A DNA stretch of 64,000 bases from a virus. Taxonomy: Duplodnaviria; Caudoviricetes. The notes below the pieces were generated by a model. It was not told the origin of the DNA. It saw only the letters and a list, made by a program, of their open reading frames with translations, and did no database searches. The stretch covers positions 64,001 to 128,000 of the IMG/VR virus record IMGVR_UViG_3300014205_000181; one strand, written 5' to 3'. A program made the position numbers and the translations under genes. Positions 37,693 to 47,978 of the stretch are shown here, in pieces; the stretch's first letter is position 1, and every line of letters starts with the position of its first letter.

Positions 37693-39159
37693 TTATTCTC
37701 TAATACGTTTCCGAATATCAGCAAGTGAATCATCAACTAAAAGAACTCCATTCTCAAACACTGATAGCATTTCACATTTTATCTCATGATCAAAAGAAAG
37801 ACCATCAATACACTTAAATTCGCCGTCTTCCTTAATCACAGCAACACAACCAGTATTAGATTTTTTAGTTCCATCATCGGTAGCTGGATTTTTATAAATC
37901 TGTTTTTCTTCTCCATTAATCTGGCACATAGTTGATTTCAGAGCAAAACCGAAAGAGTCCTTAGTATTGTATTGGTATGTATAACTACCCACACCAAATA
38001 CAATATTCGTTGAAGAAAAGCCTTTCTCCTTCAACCCATGACAAATACGAGTACAGCGGTCAAGAGTAATAGAATCACCATAAATTGCCCCAATATGAGG
38101 ATCTAGTACTTTATAACCCTTTTCATTTACTACGCCACCAAAAATATCCCAGAGACATTCAATCAGCCCTTTCTGAATCATCGGATTGCTAGAAAATTTA
38201 TCACCGCAAATGATCTTAACTGGGTCGCCGGAATCAGGTCTAATCACGGCCTTTCCATCCCGCGCCATAATTTCACTTTTAAGTGGCTTGATAATATTTT
38301 CAACACAAGACCACAGGTTCCAAGTATCAGAAACAATACTCACGATACCACTTGGATAAACCTCAGTTAATAGGCGTTTATAAGTATTAAATTCATTTTC
38401 GCCATCACCACCAGCACACATCACAGAATGCTCAGTGGCATTTACACTACAGCCGACAAGTTCTTTTTCAATATCCGCATTATAGTATTCTTCGAGATGA
38501 AAAATTGCTGGAATCGTATCAGTACCAACGAACGAAAGTAAATGTCCTGCGCCACTAGAAGCGGCGGACTCAAGACAGCTCATTCCCCTCATAGAAAAAT
38601 CATGAGCTTGGAATTGTACGAATTCAGGGTCTCCAGTTTCTTCAGCATAAGAATCCAAAATGGTTCGATATTCAGAAGCGGTAGTCGCTGAAGTACTAGC
38701 CATCCATAACTCAGTAGAAAGAATAGTTTCTACAAAATTAGTCAGCCAAAAGAATCTAGGATTAGTATTTTCAATAGTTAACATTGGAACCCGAATTGAA
38801 ACCTTTGTTCCCTCCGGCAATGACTTAATCAAAAGAGGCAAATAGCCAAGGTCGTGTAGGTCTTCAATATGCTGAGTATGTGGTTCCTTAATCCCAAGAG
38901 CAAATTTTAGAACGCGGGTGTATTCATTAAGAACTTCCTCCTTGCTCCGAGAAAAGAAATGTGTATTAAAGTAATTAATAAGATACTTCTTAACAAATGC
39001 CTGAATGCCAAAAACTACAACTTTATCTGTGGTGGGATGATACTTGTTGCTTCTGGGAGTCCAAGTAGAATAAACCTTTTCTGTCCCAATCGGATACTGC
39101 TCTCGGTGAGAAACCTTATAAAAATCACATAGAAGAGTTGCTGGATAAATTGTTTTCAT
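37693..39159 (-). CDS. Nicotinamide phosphoribosyltransferase-like protein (Nampt/Namat)
   Basis: 'DFYKVSH..QYP', 'HDFSMRG', 'GTDT', 'ATEHSVM', 'VSDTW', 'RPDSGDP', 'IYGDSIT', 'GVGS'. Confidence 0.92.
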   Translation of the reverse strand: MKTIYPATLLCDFYKVSHREQYPIGTEKVYSTWTPRSNKYHPTTDKVVVFGIQAFVKKYLINYFNTHFFSRSKEEVLNEYTRVLKFALGIKEPHTQHIEDLHDLGYLPLLIKSLPEGTKVSIRVPMLTIENTNPRFFWLTNFVETILSTELWMASTSATTASEYRTILDSYAEETGDPEFVQFQAHDFSMRGMSCLESAASSGAGHLLSFVGTDTIPAIFHLEEYYNADIEKELVGCSVNATEHSVMCAGGDGENEFNTYKRLLTEVYPSGIVSIVSDTWNLWSCVENIIKPLKSEIMARDGKAVIRPDSGDPVKIICGDKFSSNPMIQKGLIECLWDIFGGVVNEKGYKVLDPHIGAIYGDSITLDRCTRICHGLKEKGFSSTNIVFGVGSYTYQYNTKDSFGFALKSTMCQINGEEKQIYKNPATDDGTKKSNTGCVAVIKEDGEFKCIDGLSFDHEIKCEMLSVFENGVLLVDDSLADIRKRIRE

Positions 39160-39183
39160 TTCCTTTCCTTTAATTAAATAAAA

Positions 39184-39414
39184 TCATAAGTTTTTTTCAA
39201 AAATTTCACGGTCGCAAATGTAAAGTTCATCATCTACACCACACATAAGATAATCGCCAGATTTTCCAAGTTTATAATCCCCTTCGAGCGTTTTTACCCT
39301 AAATTCTTTATTGACCTGTGCCGCTTTTACGGGAATTGGTCTTTTCATACATAGTCTAAAATCACCCGAAACTAATACATCTAAATCTTTAAGCCTTTCT
39401 GGGAACACGATCAT
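39184..39414 (-). CDS. Conserved small phage protein ('TLEG...GDYL..GVD.ELY.C...IF' type); C-terminus possibly frameshifted
   Basis: Motif visible. Removing one base from the T7 run at 39191-39197 restores a 'FEKTYDFI*' ending. Confidence 0.6.
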   Translation of the reverse strand: MIVFPERLKDLDVLVSGDFRLCMKRPIPVKAAQVNKEFRVKTLEGDYKLGKSGDYLMCGVDDELYICDREIFEKNL

Positions 39415-39426
39415 TTTGTTTTCCTT

Positions 39427-40194
39427 TTAATTAGTTTGTTCAATCCTAGGATGTTTAATTTCTAATTCAAAATCTTTATTGGTATAAACAATATCTACAA
39501 AATCAAAAATTTCTCCTTGGAAGATTGTATTTTCAACGTAAGAAACGAGCAGTCCAATTCTATTAACTCCTTTTTCTTTTAATAATTTTGCAATCCTAAC
39601 AAATGTGCCTCCTTTGCTACAAATATCGTCAATTATTAAAACATTCTTTCCGCATTCACCTAGTAATTTTAATCCTTTTATATCCCCTGTTAGAAAATCT
39701 CTATCTTTTTTACCATACGAAATTTTCTCTTCACCGTTCCAATTGTATCTTTCTTTTGCTCCATAATCCGGGAAGCAAATAGAATCAAAACCACCTCTAA
39801 TAAAAATAGATTTAGCTCTTCCAATGCACCACTCTTCTACTTCAATATTATTGATTAAATTTGTAGTAGCGGACGAATGTGGTTCTCTTACGATAACTTT
39901 ATAGAAATTTAAAGAATTTATGATAGAGCAAATGGCTTTTAGGCTTACCGCATAAGAACCGTTCGGCCTGTCCATCCTTGAATGAGGCATATATGGTAAA
40001 TGTAATTCCGCTGGTGCATTCATTTCATCAAGAAAATTTTTAAGAATAGCTAATTTAATAAAATCATCGTCGTTTTGGTAAATTAACTCTACTACATTCG
40101 CCCGGTCATAAAATTCTAATTGGTCAATTGGTAGGTAATTTTCGCTATTCGGAAATTTCCCGAACTCAACTTTATAACTATTCAGTTTTAACAT
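39427..40194 (-). CDS. Ribose-phosphate pyrophosphokinase-like protein (Prs/Adps)
   Basis: 'FPNSE', 'PYMPHSRMDR', 'EPHS', 'PDYGA..RY', PRT motif 'IIDDICSKGGTF'. Confidence 0.9.
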   Translation of the reverse strand: MLKLNSYKVEFGKFPNSENYLPIDQLEFYDRANVVELIYQNDDDFIKLAILKNFLDEMNAPAELHLPYMPHSRMDRPNGSYAVSLKAICSIINSLNFYKVIVREPHSSATTNLINNIEVEEWCIGRAKSIFIRGGFDSICFPDYGAKERYNWNGEEKISYGKKDRDFLTGDIKGLKLLGECGKNVLIIDDICSKGGTFVRIAKLLKEKGVNRIGLLVSYVENTIFQGEIFDFVDIVYTNKDFELEIKHPRIEQTN

Positions 40195-40209
40195 TTTATT
40201 CCTTTTAAT

Positions 40210-40836
40210 TTATGTCCAAAGTGAACGGAAATATTTTCCAAAAAGTCTTAGCCCATTTTGGATTTTAGTTTGATGTTCAAGGTATCCTTCACGGTTAAAA
40301 ACATGAGTGTCATCTGGGCCAGAAATCATTTCACTCAAATTAGGATTATCTTTACATTCTTTCCATTGAATATCTATATTCCCCGTATGAAATTGATCTT
40401 CATCATCTGCATCACAAATCCTTTCAAAACTCCAGATCATTTGTTCAAGTACATAATCCCATCGCTTAAACCAATTTTCATCGGTGTCCCAAATGTTCTC
40501 TTTCTGAGTAACATAAGTGCTTTTTAATTCATCCGGCACATCTGCATCATCAACATATGGTGCTCCATGTTTATCTTCACGGATTTTAATCAAGCAGGGC
40601 AGAATAATTAACGAAAGAGTACTGTCTAGCGACCACACATCGTATTCATCTATGTGAATTTTTACTTTACGTTTTCGTTTAGAATATACCCATTCACAGA
40701 AGTTGTTCAGTTTTGTATTAGAAAGGTATTTCCCAATCTTATAGCAAGCGTCTTCAGAAAATCCCAAGTGCTGGAGAAGGTCTGATAGCTGGAAAACTCC
40801 CCAGTAAGTATAATATTTGCCAATTTTAACAAGCAT
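40210..40836 (-). CDS. Conserved phage hypothetical protein
   Basis: 'DVWSLDSTLSLIILP', 'RWDYVLEQMIWSF', 'GLRLFGKYFRSLW'. Confidence 0.7.
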   Translation of the reverse strand: MLVKIGKYYTYWGVFQLSDLLQHLGFSEDACYKIGKYLSNTKLNNFCEWVYSKRKRKVKIHIDEYDVWSLDSTLSLIILPCLIKIREDKHGAPYVDDADVPDELKSTYVTQKENIWDTDENWFKRWDYVLEQMIWSFERICDADDEDQFHTGNIDIQWKECKDNPNLSEMISGPDDTHVFNREGYLEHQTKIQNGLRLFGKYFRSLWT

Positions 40837-41128
40837 TGTCAAGTCCTAGTTCTTTCTGTAATTTTAAATACTGAGCACGCTTCTTTTCCAACGCAGCCTC
40901 TTTCTTTTTATTTTCCTTGTTTATCCTTGATTGATATTCAATGTCTGTCTCTTCTCTATTATGGAGAATTACATAATTAACATTTTCATAAGAATCGTTT
41001 TCCATTATTGCTTTTTCTCCATATTTTTCAATAAGAGATTCAATAATGTTTTTAAATGACAAAAGAGTTAAAGTATCAAAATCATAGTCTCGGAAAAGAA
41101 ATATTTTTTCTTCAATAATGTTCTTCAT
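40826..41128 (-). CDS. Hypothetical protein
   Basis: ORF track, with the start trimmed. Confidence 0.55.
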   Translation of the reverse strand: MKNIIEEKIFLFRDYDFDTLTLLSFKNIIESLIEKYGEKAIMENDSYENVNYVILHNREETDIEYQSRINKENKKKEAALEKKRAQYLKLQKELGLDNAC

Positions 41129-41319
41129 TTTATTTCTCACTAAAATACTTATTTTCAATTTTCTCAATTAGCTCTTCTACGTCTTGATTAATTTGTACCC
41201 ACTTCTGTTCTTGCTCTGGATTGTAATCTAACCGCAAAGATACCGAATAAGTAAAATTACTCAATGAACTTAGTCCGTCTAGTAACTGTTTCTTGTAATT
41301 GAAGCTCATTTTGTTTCTC

Positions 41320-42186
41320 CTAATCAACCATCAATAAAGATTCTAATTCGTCTACTTGCGTTTGGGTTAATCCTTTCCCGGCATTCGCTTTACTTAAATA
41401 ATCTACCAATTTATCCCTATACCCTTGGTCTCTTTGTTCCCAATTCAGGAAAAGAGGAATAACATGCATGGGCGGAATCCAATATCCTTTCTTAGCGTAC
41501 TTCATACAGCGCAATGTGCTAGAAATGGGGCAATGAATATTCTTAATTCTGAGAAGTTTTTTCTTTTCATCGTTATCAAAATCTGCATCGACCATTGCTG
41601 TTGGAGGATCGTAAGAAATAACTCCACAACGAATCACCGTGAAATCAAAATTAGAAAGAATCTCCTCCATACTGCCAGTCGCTACAATGGCCCCTTTCTT
41701 AACTGGCTTAATTAACTGGATAATTGGACATGCGAATAGTGGATGGTCAGACGATTCGACTTTAGCAAATGTCATAGAAACATCGTTTTCATGTTTTACC
41801 GTCAGTTTATGCGTTTCTTTGAGAACTTTAACGAAAGTATTAAACGAATCCTCTGTCTGTGAATAAATGTCACAATCTCCAGCAGGAGTGGGATTATGGT
41901 GCTTTGAACACATCCATCTAACATATCCGCCCATAATAAAATAATCTAAATTATTATCTTTGATTGTGTTTATTAACGGAAGAATTTCAAACCAACCCCG
42001 AATAATAGGCGCGTTAACAAACCCGCCTTGAGATAAATAAATATCTTTATCCTCTGGAATTTCTTCTTCGTTTTTATTTGAATCAATCTCAAATTCGCTT
42101 AAAATATTATTTAGCGTAGATTGTTTATTTTGTTCTGCTTCTTTTACTAATTTTTCTTCCTCTTCAAACCAATCAGCCATTATCAT
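41320..42186 (-). CDS. Nucleotidyltransferase (poly(A) polymerase/CCA-enzyme head-like)
   Basis: 'MGGYVR', 'GDCDIY', 'NFDFTV', 'R..KYAKKGY'. Confidence 0.7.
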   Translation of the reverse strand: MIMADWFEEEEKLVKEAEQNKQSTLNNILSEFEIDSNKNEEEIPEDKDIYLSQGGFVNAPIIRGWFEILPLINTIKDNNLDYFIMGGYVRWMCSKHHNPTPAGDCDIYSQTEDSFNTFVKVLKETHKLTVKHENDVSMTFAKVESSDHPLFACPIIQLIKPVKKGAIVATGSMEEILSNFDFTVIRCGVISYDPPTAMVDADFDNDEKKKLLRIKNIHCPISSTLRCMKYAKKGYWIPPMHVIPLFLNWEQRDQGYRDKLVDYLSKANAGKGLTQTQVDELESLLMVD

Positions 42187-42203
42187 AATTTCCTTTATTT
42201 AAT

Positions 42204-42506
42204 CTAGAATTTATTCAGTAATGATAATTCATTACTCCACTCAAATCTTTTCCAGTACACCTTACACTCTGGGCAATGATAAAATGTTGCGCCGTCATAT
42301 CCGCCACCTATAGTCTCAATAGCGATTTCTTTCCTAAAACATTTTTTATTTTTCCATGAATACCCGTAACATGCTGACGCGATTTCAAATGCTTCTTGCT
42401 CCGATTTTCCTTTCTTTAGAAAGCATTCGTAAATATCTTCACCCCGGAAATCAAATCCACATTCGGGGCATTTATCAGTTTTGCCTATGTGTTTATTTAT
42501 TTTCAT
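42204..42506 (-). CDS. Zn-finger hypothetical protein
   Basis: Two CPEC motifs. Confidence 0.6.
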   Translation of the reverse strand: MKINKHIGKTDKCPECGFDFRGEDIYECFLKKGKSEQEAFEIASACYGYSWKNKKCFRKEIAIETIGGGYDGATFYHCPECKVYWKRFEWSNELSLLNKF

Positions 42507-42778
42507 ATTTACCTTTAAAATTATATTTATGGAAGTAGCACATTGCTCAAGTCAGAAAAATCTATCACTCTGCAAATGCGAATATCTCTAATACCATAGA
42601 CCATAGCATCAATCTCCCTACCACATTCAGGACATATTCCATTAACTTGTTCTGTTTCTATACACTGGTGGCCCCAATTACAGACATAATACTTTTATTG
42701 TTATCTTTTGCAGTAAAAGATCGCCCACGGCATTTTTCGTTCATATTATCCCCTTTGACCGATGTTATTATTTCTAAC

Positions 42779-42807
42779 ACCTTAACACTTATCAGTACTT
42801 ATGTCAA
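42779..42807 (-). promoter_or_regulatory. Sigma70-like promoter
   Basis: TTGACA-N17-TAAGGT with an extended TG. Confidence 0.5.
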
Positions 42808-43743
42808 TCAGAAAATCATTCGCCTGATCAATTTCACATCTTCATCGCACAAATCGGCAATATCCGAATTTTCTTTTCCATACTCAATGTAATTTATTTC
42901 ATCAGCAAAAACAAGTTGAGATTCAAGGCGTTTAGAGGCTCTTCTTCCCGGATCATCATTATCAAAGCCTAAATAAAATTTCTTAAATCCCTTATCTCGG
43001 AGCTTAATTATTTGCGATTTTGAGAAGTTTACAGAAAGTAACGCCGCTGTTCCGTCTCCTAACCGACAAGAATTCATCAATCCTTCTACTAAAATAACCT
43101 TATCGGAATTACAATTATCTAAGTTAAATATTAAGTCTCTTCGCCTAGTAACCGCTTCATCATCGAGGCAAAACTGATAAGGAATTATATTTTTGCCATT
43201 AATAATAGAATTCCCTATGTAATTTACGAGTTTATTATTTTCATAGACAGGCCAGATTATTCTGAATTTATTTCTGCCTGTCGTTCCGCTCCACATAACA
43301 TCATACTTCTTTTGAATTTCCAAAAACGAAAATCTTCTTTTCTCTAAATAATCCTTTGCCTCTTTAGGTAAGATAGATGTGAATGTACTTGGAAATTTTA
43401 AAACCGTATTTTGTTTTTCTTCTTGATTTTCTTGCTCTTCAATATTATTTAAAATTTCTTGCGGTTCAAGCTCGTACTGTTTAAGGACTTTGTTTAATTT
43501 ACGATAATCGCATTTTAAAGTTAATTTGATAAATTCATTTAAATTAAACCCCCCGCAGCCCCAACAGTTCAATTTGCCGGTTTTTTCATTAGCAGCAGCG
43601 TGATAGTTATCCTTTCCGCATCTAGGACAAGTTTCAATTCCAATCCAACCATTTCCACCTATGTTCTTGCCAGAAGTCTTATATTTAATATCATTTTCGT
43701 CAAAAAACTTTATAAAATTAAAGTTATTCATTCTTGCTGGCAT
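42808..43743 (-). CDS. DNA primase (Zn-finger plus TOPRIM)
   Basis: 'CPRCG...H...CWGCG', 'RIIWP', 'LVEG', 'FDNDDPG', 'DIAD'. Confidence 0.85.
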   Translation of the reverse strand: MPARMNNFNFIKFFDENDIKYKTSGKNIGGNGWIGIETCPRCGKDNYHAAANEKTGKLNCWGCGGFNLNEFIKLTLKCDYRKLNKVLKQYELEPQEILNNIEEQENQEEKQNTVLKFPSTFTSILPKEAKDYLEKRRFSFLEIQKKYDVMWSGTTGRNKFRIIWPVYENNKLVNYIGNSIINGKNIIPYQFCLDDEAVTRRRDLIFNLDNCNSDKVILVEGLMNSCRLGDGTAALLSVNFSKSQIIKLRDKGFKKFYLGFDNDDPGRRASKRLESQLVFADEINYIEYGKENSDIADLCDEDVKLIRRMIF

Positions 43744-43923
43744 TTATTTTATTTAAATTCAGCAATAGGTTCCTACAAAATTCATAAGCATCTCGCGTTG
43801 CTTTTGCCCGAATCGTCCTTTCTGATGGATCATCTTCAATCACCATGCATCTTGTGTGTAAACTAGCTATTAATTCATCAAGAATAATAAGCGCTTCTTT
43901 TAAATCACCAAAATTTTCGTACA

Positions 43924-44250
43924 TTACCTTTCCTCAATCTCAATTAACTCTAAATCCCAACCATCCACAATCCCTGATTCCCAATCGGTTGTGATATTTG
44001 TATATCCAACCGTATATAATTTACCGTCTTTTACATCTTCAAGCCCAATAATCCCTTCATCACACATAGATTCAGAAATCTCATCTTCAAGACACTGGCA
44101 TTTATCACAACTACATGATTTTCTTTTCAACTCATTTAATCTAATAGACATTCCGAAACCTTTAGTGGTCGGAAATTTCTGAACACTAGCTTTATATACT
44201 TTTCCTGTACATTGCGATTCGTGACCAGCATCAATTTTAAGATTTATCAT
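43924..44250 (-). CDS. Hypothetical protein
   Basis: ORF track. Confidence 0.6.
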   Translation of the reverse strand: MINLKIDAGHESQCTGKVYKASVQKFPTTKGFGMSIRLNELKRKSCSCDKCQCLEDEISESMCDEGIIGLEDVKDGKLYTVGYTNITTDWESGIVDGWDLELIEIEER

Positions 44251-44399
44251 TCTTTAACCTACATTAAAATCTAAACACATGTACCCTTGTGCCATTAATT
44301 GCCATTCTTTAAAACGATATTTATCTTCATATCCATTTCCGTATAACGCCTTGACGTACCTTAGAGAATAAACAGCGGGGATTTGATACATTTAGATTC

Positions 44400-44675
44400 C
44401 TAATTTAAATTAATAAGATTAGCTACGGAAGAAATTTCTTTGATTTTACGTTTAAGATATACTTCCAGTGGTTCATAAATATCTTCTTGGATTTCTTTCC
44501 TTTCATCATCGTCTTCTGACCAGATACAGAACCCAAGATATTCAATAATTGCAGAATATCCATTTGTTTTAACGCTTAACTCAAATAAGTAATAATCAGG
44601 ATATGTTTCTCCAATCGCATCATAAATTTCATTATTAATATCAAAAACAATATCAGTTATTTCTTTAATGTTCAT
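44400..44675 (-). CDS. Hypothetical protein
   Basis: ORF track. Confidence 0.6.
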   Translation of the reverse strand: MNIKEITDIVFDINNEIYDAIGETYPDYYLFELSVKTNGYSAIIEYLGFCIWSEDDDERKEIQEDIYEPLEVYLKRKIKEISSVANLINLN

Positions 44676-45613
44676 TTTATTTCTCTATCCTAAAAATCTT
44701 CCGTATAACTATCACCAACTAGCTTATATGAACTCACCTTTACCCCGTCTTCATCAAACGAATCAATATAATCATTATCTTCTTGAAACACTTCATCTTT
44801 ATTAAAGTAAATTGATTCAGGAGCATCGCCATTAGAAGTTACGAAATACTTTTCCTTAATCTCTTCCATTCCTTTTCTCCTGTTTTATCCGAGTTCAATA
44901 TCTGCATGTTGAGAAATCTTATATTCATTTCCACATTCATCACATTTTTCTGTATCTCCTCTAGGATCTCCGCGCCACCCATCTTGCTTTGCATTACAAT
45001 TCGGACAATTTATATAATCGGCCTTGGAATAAATAATTGTTACTTCTTCCATTACTTTTCTCCCTTATCCTATATGATATAATTCATCTGCATGTTTTAA
45101 AACCATAATAACTGCTTGGTTTTTAGTTTCAAATGTTCCTAATTCATATGCTTGTGTTTCGTCCCATGCTGTATAGCCGTCTTCTTCATTGCCGGTTACG
45201 AAATTATTTACCCATTCTAATTTCAGATCCATTACTTTCCTCCCATAATATCTTGCAATTCATAAATCTTATTTGCTATCTCAGCACAAATATCAATTAT
45301 TTCTCCGCGTTTATGTTCAAGGCGTTCTGATAATTGCAACCCGTTGCCGTTACCGTTGCCTGTCGTATACATATTCCTAATATTGCCATAACATATTTCA
45401 AAATTATCAATATTTACCATGTCTTTCTGGGTCGTGATTTTCATTCTCATTCTATTGCCTTAATTAGAACTAATTCTTTTACGGATATCTTGTTTACGTT
45501 CTTCATCGGCTCTTTCGTATGATACAATAAAATGAAATAATTCTCCTTGATCAAATTCACACAATTTCGCCAATACTGTTTTCACGATTTTATCTACTAT
45601 TTCTGGGTGCATG

Positions 45614-46003
45614 TTAGTTATTCCTTTTTTCTAATGTATAACTATTAAATTCATTACTGAACACAACGTTCTTTATTCCTGAAAAACTAATTGCAGCGGA
45701 GCAAATAGGGCACGGTTTCGCATTGGCTATCTTACCGTTCCTCAATAACCTGACAACAATAAGAGAATGTATTTTACCTCTAGATTTCAAAATCGCAGAG
45801 AGTTCGGCATGAAGCTTAATTTGGTCTTTATGCCCATGTTTGTTAGCCAATTTGGACATAGCTGTATGCGTCTTAGAACTGTTCTGGCCGGTAGATAATA
45901 CAGTACCGTGCTTATCAATTGCGATAGCGCCTAGTCTGAATTTTTGATTATTCTTGGACGCTATTTCAATAGCCATATCTATGTAACGTTTGAATTTTTT
46001 CAT
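45614..46003 (-). CDS. Zn-dependent cytidine/deoxycytidylate deaminase-like protein
   Basis: 'HAE' and 'KPCPIC' motifs. Confidence 0.85.
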   Translation of the reverse strand: MKKFKRYIDMAIEIASKNNQKFRLGAIAIDKHGTVLSTGQNSSKTHTAMSKLANKHGHKDQIKLHAELSAILKSRGKIHSLIVVRLLRNGKIANAKPCPICSAAISFSGIKNVVFSNEFNSYTLEKRNN

Positions 46004-46009
46004 TGTGTT

Positions 46010-46038
46010 ATTGTACTAAATCGTGCTTATTTTGTCAA
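46010..46038 (-). promoter_or_regulatory. Near-consensus sigma70 promoter, likely giving a leaderless transcript
   Basis: TTGACA-N17-TACAAT, ending 6 nt before the ATG at 46003. Confidence 0.7.
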
Positions 46039-46363
46039 CGATTATTTATCTTACTCACTTATCTTACCTTTTACATACATTTTCTTTGGAGAGAAGTAAA
46101 AATATTTTCCGCTCCAATTTGAACTGTCTTCCATCAAAGCAAGGTCAAGCCCGTTTTTAAAAAATACATACCAAATTAGTTTTAATATTTTCTGTTCTTT
46201 TAAATTATGAAATTTGTTCACTCTCAACATCAATGAGAAGAAACGAGTGGTTTGCAAAACATAACTGTATAAAAGATAAACACAAATAATTAATACAAAC
46301 GAAATTAATGAGCAAATAATAGACCTTCCAACCCATAATGACAAAATATCAAACGTATCCATT

Positions 46364-46675
46364 TTACTCCTTGTACTTATCAATAATATTTTGCAGATCA
46401 GAAAGGATTAATTGAGTAGAATTATTTTCGTCGGTTATTAATGTTCTTGCATCTTCATACCACATTTCTAAACAAGTCAAAAGAATTTCTTTGATTTTCG
46501 GCATATTTTGCTCCGGCGAATATGGCAAATCACATTTCAGATAAACTTCTTCAAGGTGTTTTTCCTTATCTGATACGTATTTAATGACTTCATCATATGT
46601 CCACTCCCCATTACGAATAGCCCGAAGTTGTTGCCTTCTTCCGTCTTGGTTAAGAACAAGTGTCCCTTCCGTCAT
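46364..46675 (-). CDS. Probable C-terminal fragment of a phage nucleotidyltransferase
   Basis: 'L.AIRNGEWTYDEV...DLPYSP' resembles the helical tail of phage Pol-beta-type nucleotidyltransferases. No catalytic N-terminus. Confidence 0.45.
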   Translation of the reverse strand: MTEGTLVLNQDGRRQQLRAIRNGEWTYDEVIKYVSDKEKHLEEVYLKCDLPYSPEQNMPKIKEILLTCLEMWYEDARTLITDENNSTQLILSDLQNIIDKYKE

Positions 46676-47643
46676 TATTTGCTCATAGCGGCAATTTTAT
46701 TAAATGCCACGCAAACGTCTAAACACATTTTAGAACAAATTTTATCTTTATGTGGCGGATTATTATACATCCATTCTTCTCTTTCTTTTCTCATATTCTT
46801 ACCCACGACACCAATTGGATCTCCACCTTCGCGCATATAAATAATACATGGGAAGTGATAACCACCCGCTACAGCCATATCATCAAGAACCAACCGACAA
46901 AGATTTTTACTGCCTCCTAATCCTCTAACATGTTCTCCATTTTGTACTTTGTTGGCTCTGTACTTCAAAATAGGATATTTATTAATTAAATTAGGAGAAA
47001 CTTCTGTCAGCATTTTTAGTGCTTTATCATATTGGGCAGCAGGAATAACTCTAATGTCTGATACTCCTAACGAATCAGCTAATCTTACAGTATTATGAGC
47101 ATCATAAACATTGTCATCTGTAAAAACAACGCCTACAGTAACATAGGTAATTTTCGATAATTCTCGGATATTGTCAACTACTTTATTCCAAGCACCTGTT
47201 ATCCCGCCTGTCATTTTATCCCCGATAGAGCAACAGCCGCTATCTAGAGAAATAGAAAAATCATTTACCCCACACTTGATTAAGTATTTATAATAATCAA
47301 TATCTGCTGATCCATTTGTGGAAATAGCTATATTCTCTACGTTATTTTCTTTACAAAATTTTATTAACAAATCCAATCCTGGATATAGAGTAGGTTCCCC
47401 ACCAGAAAAACGAACATTCTTCAATCCATCTTTTACCCAATATTTCAGTGTCTCCATAGCGGAATCAAACGGCAATTCTCCCGCTATATCAGAACGCAAA
47501 CCACGACAATAAGGACATTTAAAATTGCATTCATCCGTGAGAATTAGTTCGCATCTCCACAAAGGAGAAGTAGCACTTGAATTCATGGCCCTGTCATCTG
47601 AAAGAGTGTAAAATCCGATTTCTTCTAATTTCACTTTATTCAC
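46675..47643 (-). CDS. Radical SAM enzyme
   Basis: 'CNFKCPYC', 'SGGEPTL', 'STNG', 'ISLD', C-terminal Cys cluster. Confidence 0.92.
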   Translation of the reverse strand: MNKVKLEEIGFYTLSDDRAMNSSATSPLWRCELILTDECNFKCPYCRGLRSDIAGELPFDSAMETLKYWVKDGLKNVRFSGGEPTLYPGLDLLIKFCKENNVENIAISTNGSADIDYYKYLIKCGVNDFSISLDSGCCSIGDKMTGGITGAWNKVVDNIRELSKITYVTVGVVFTDDNVYDAHNTVRLADSLGVSDIRVIPAAQYDKALKMLTEVSPNLINKYPILKYRANKVQNGEHVRGLGGSKNLCRLVLDDMAVAGGYHFPCIIYMREGGDPIGVVGKNMRKEREEWMYNNPPHKDKICSKMCLDVCVAFNKIAAMSK

Positions 47644-47978
47644 CTAAAAGAAAAACTCATATCGTTGTCTTCCTCTTCAATTATTTTTGCTTCATATAAT
47701 GTTTCAAAGTATCCGCACCAAAATGCAGAAATTGATTCTACTTTATCTTTAGAATTTCCAACGATTACTACCGAATAATCATCTTTATAATAGTTTGGCT
47801 TATCGACTTTTTCTCTATATCTACTATTTTTTGCTTGATAGTACGAATAGTGCTCTTTGATTCTTTTTAAACTTTCTTTCGCATCATCCAGCGAGTCCCA
47901 AGAATATCCTACAATGTCGGTTTCTTCATGAGAGCCGAAATAATCACCTGTTTGATATGTAATTTCTATTGTATACAT
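47640..47978 (-). CDS. Hypothetical protein
   Basis: 'Y.TGD.F', 'FWCGYFETL'. Confidence 0.6.
   Translation of the reverse strand: MYTIEITYQTGDYFGSHEETDIVGYSWDSLDDAKESLKRIKEHYSYYQAKNSRYREKVDKPNYYKDDYSVVIVGNSKDKVESISAFWCGYFETLYEAKIIEEEDNDMSFSFR

Noticed and set aside
43100-43127. Fifth sigma28-like site (TAAC-N15-TCCGATAA, - strand)
   Set aside because: It lies inside the primase coding sequence with a mismatched -35, so it could be chance.
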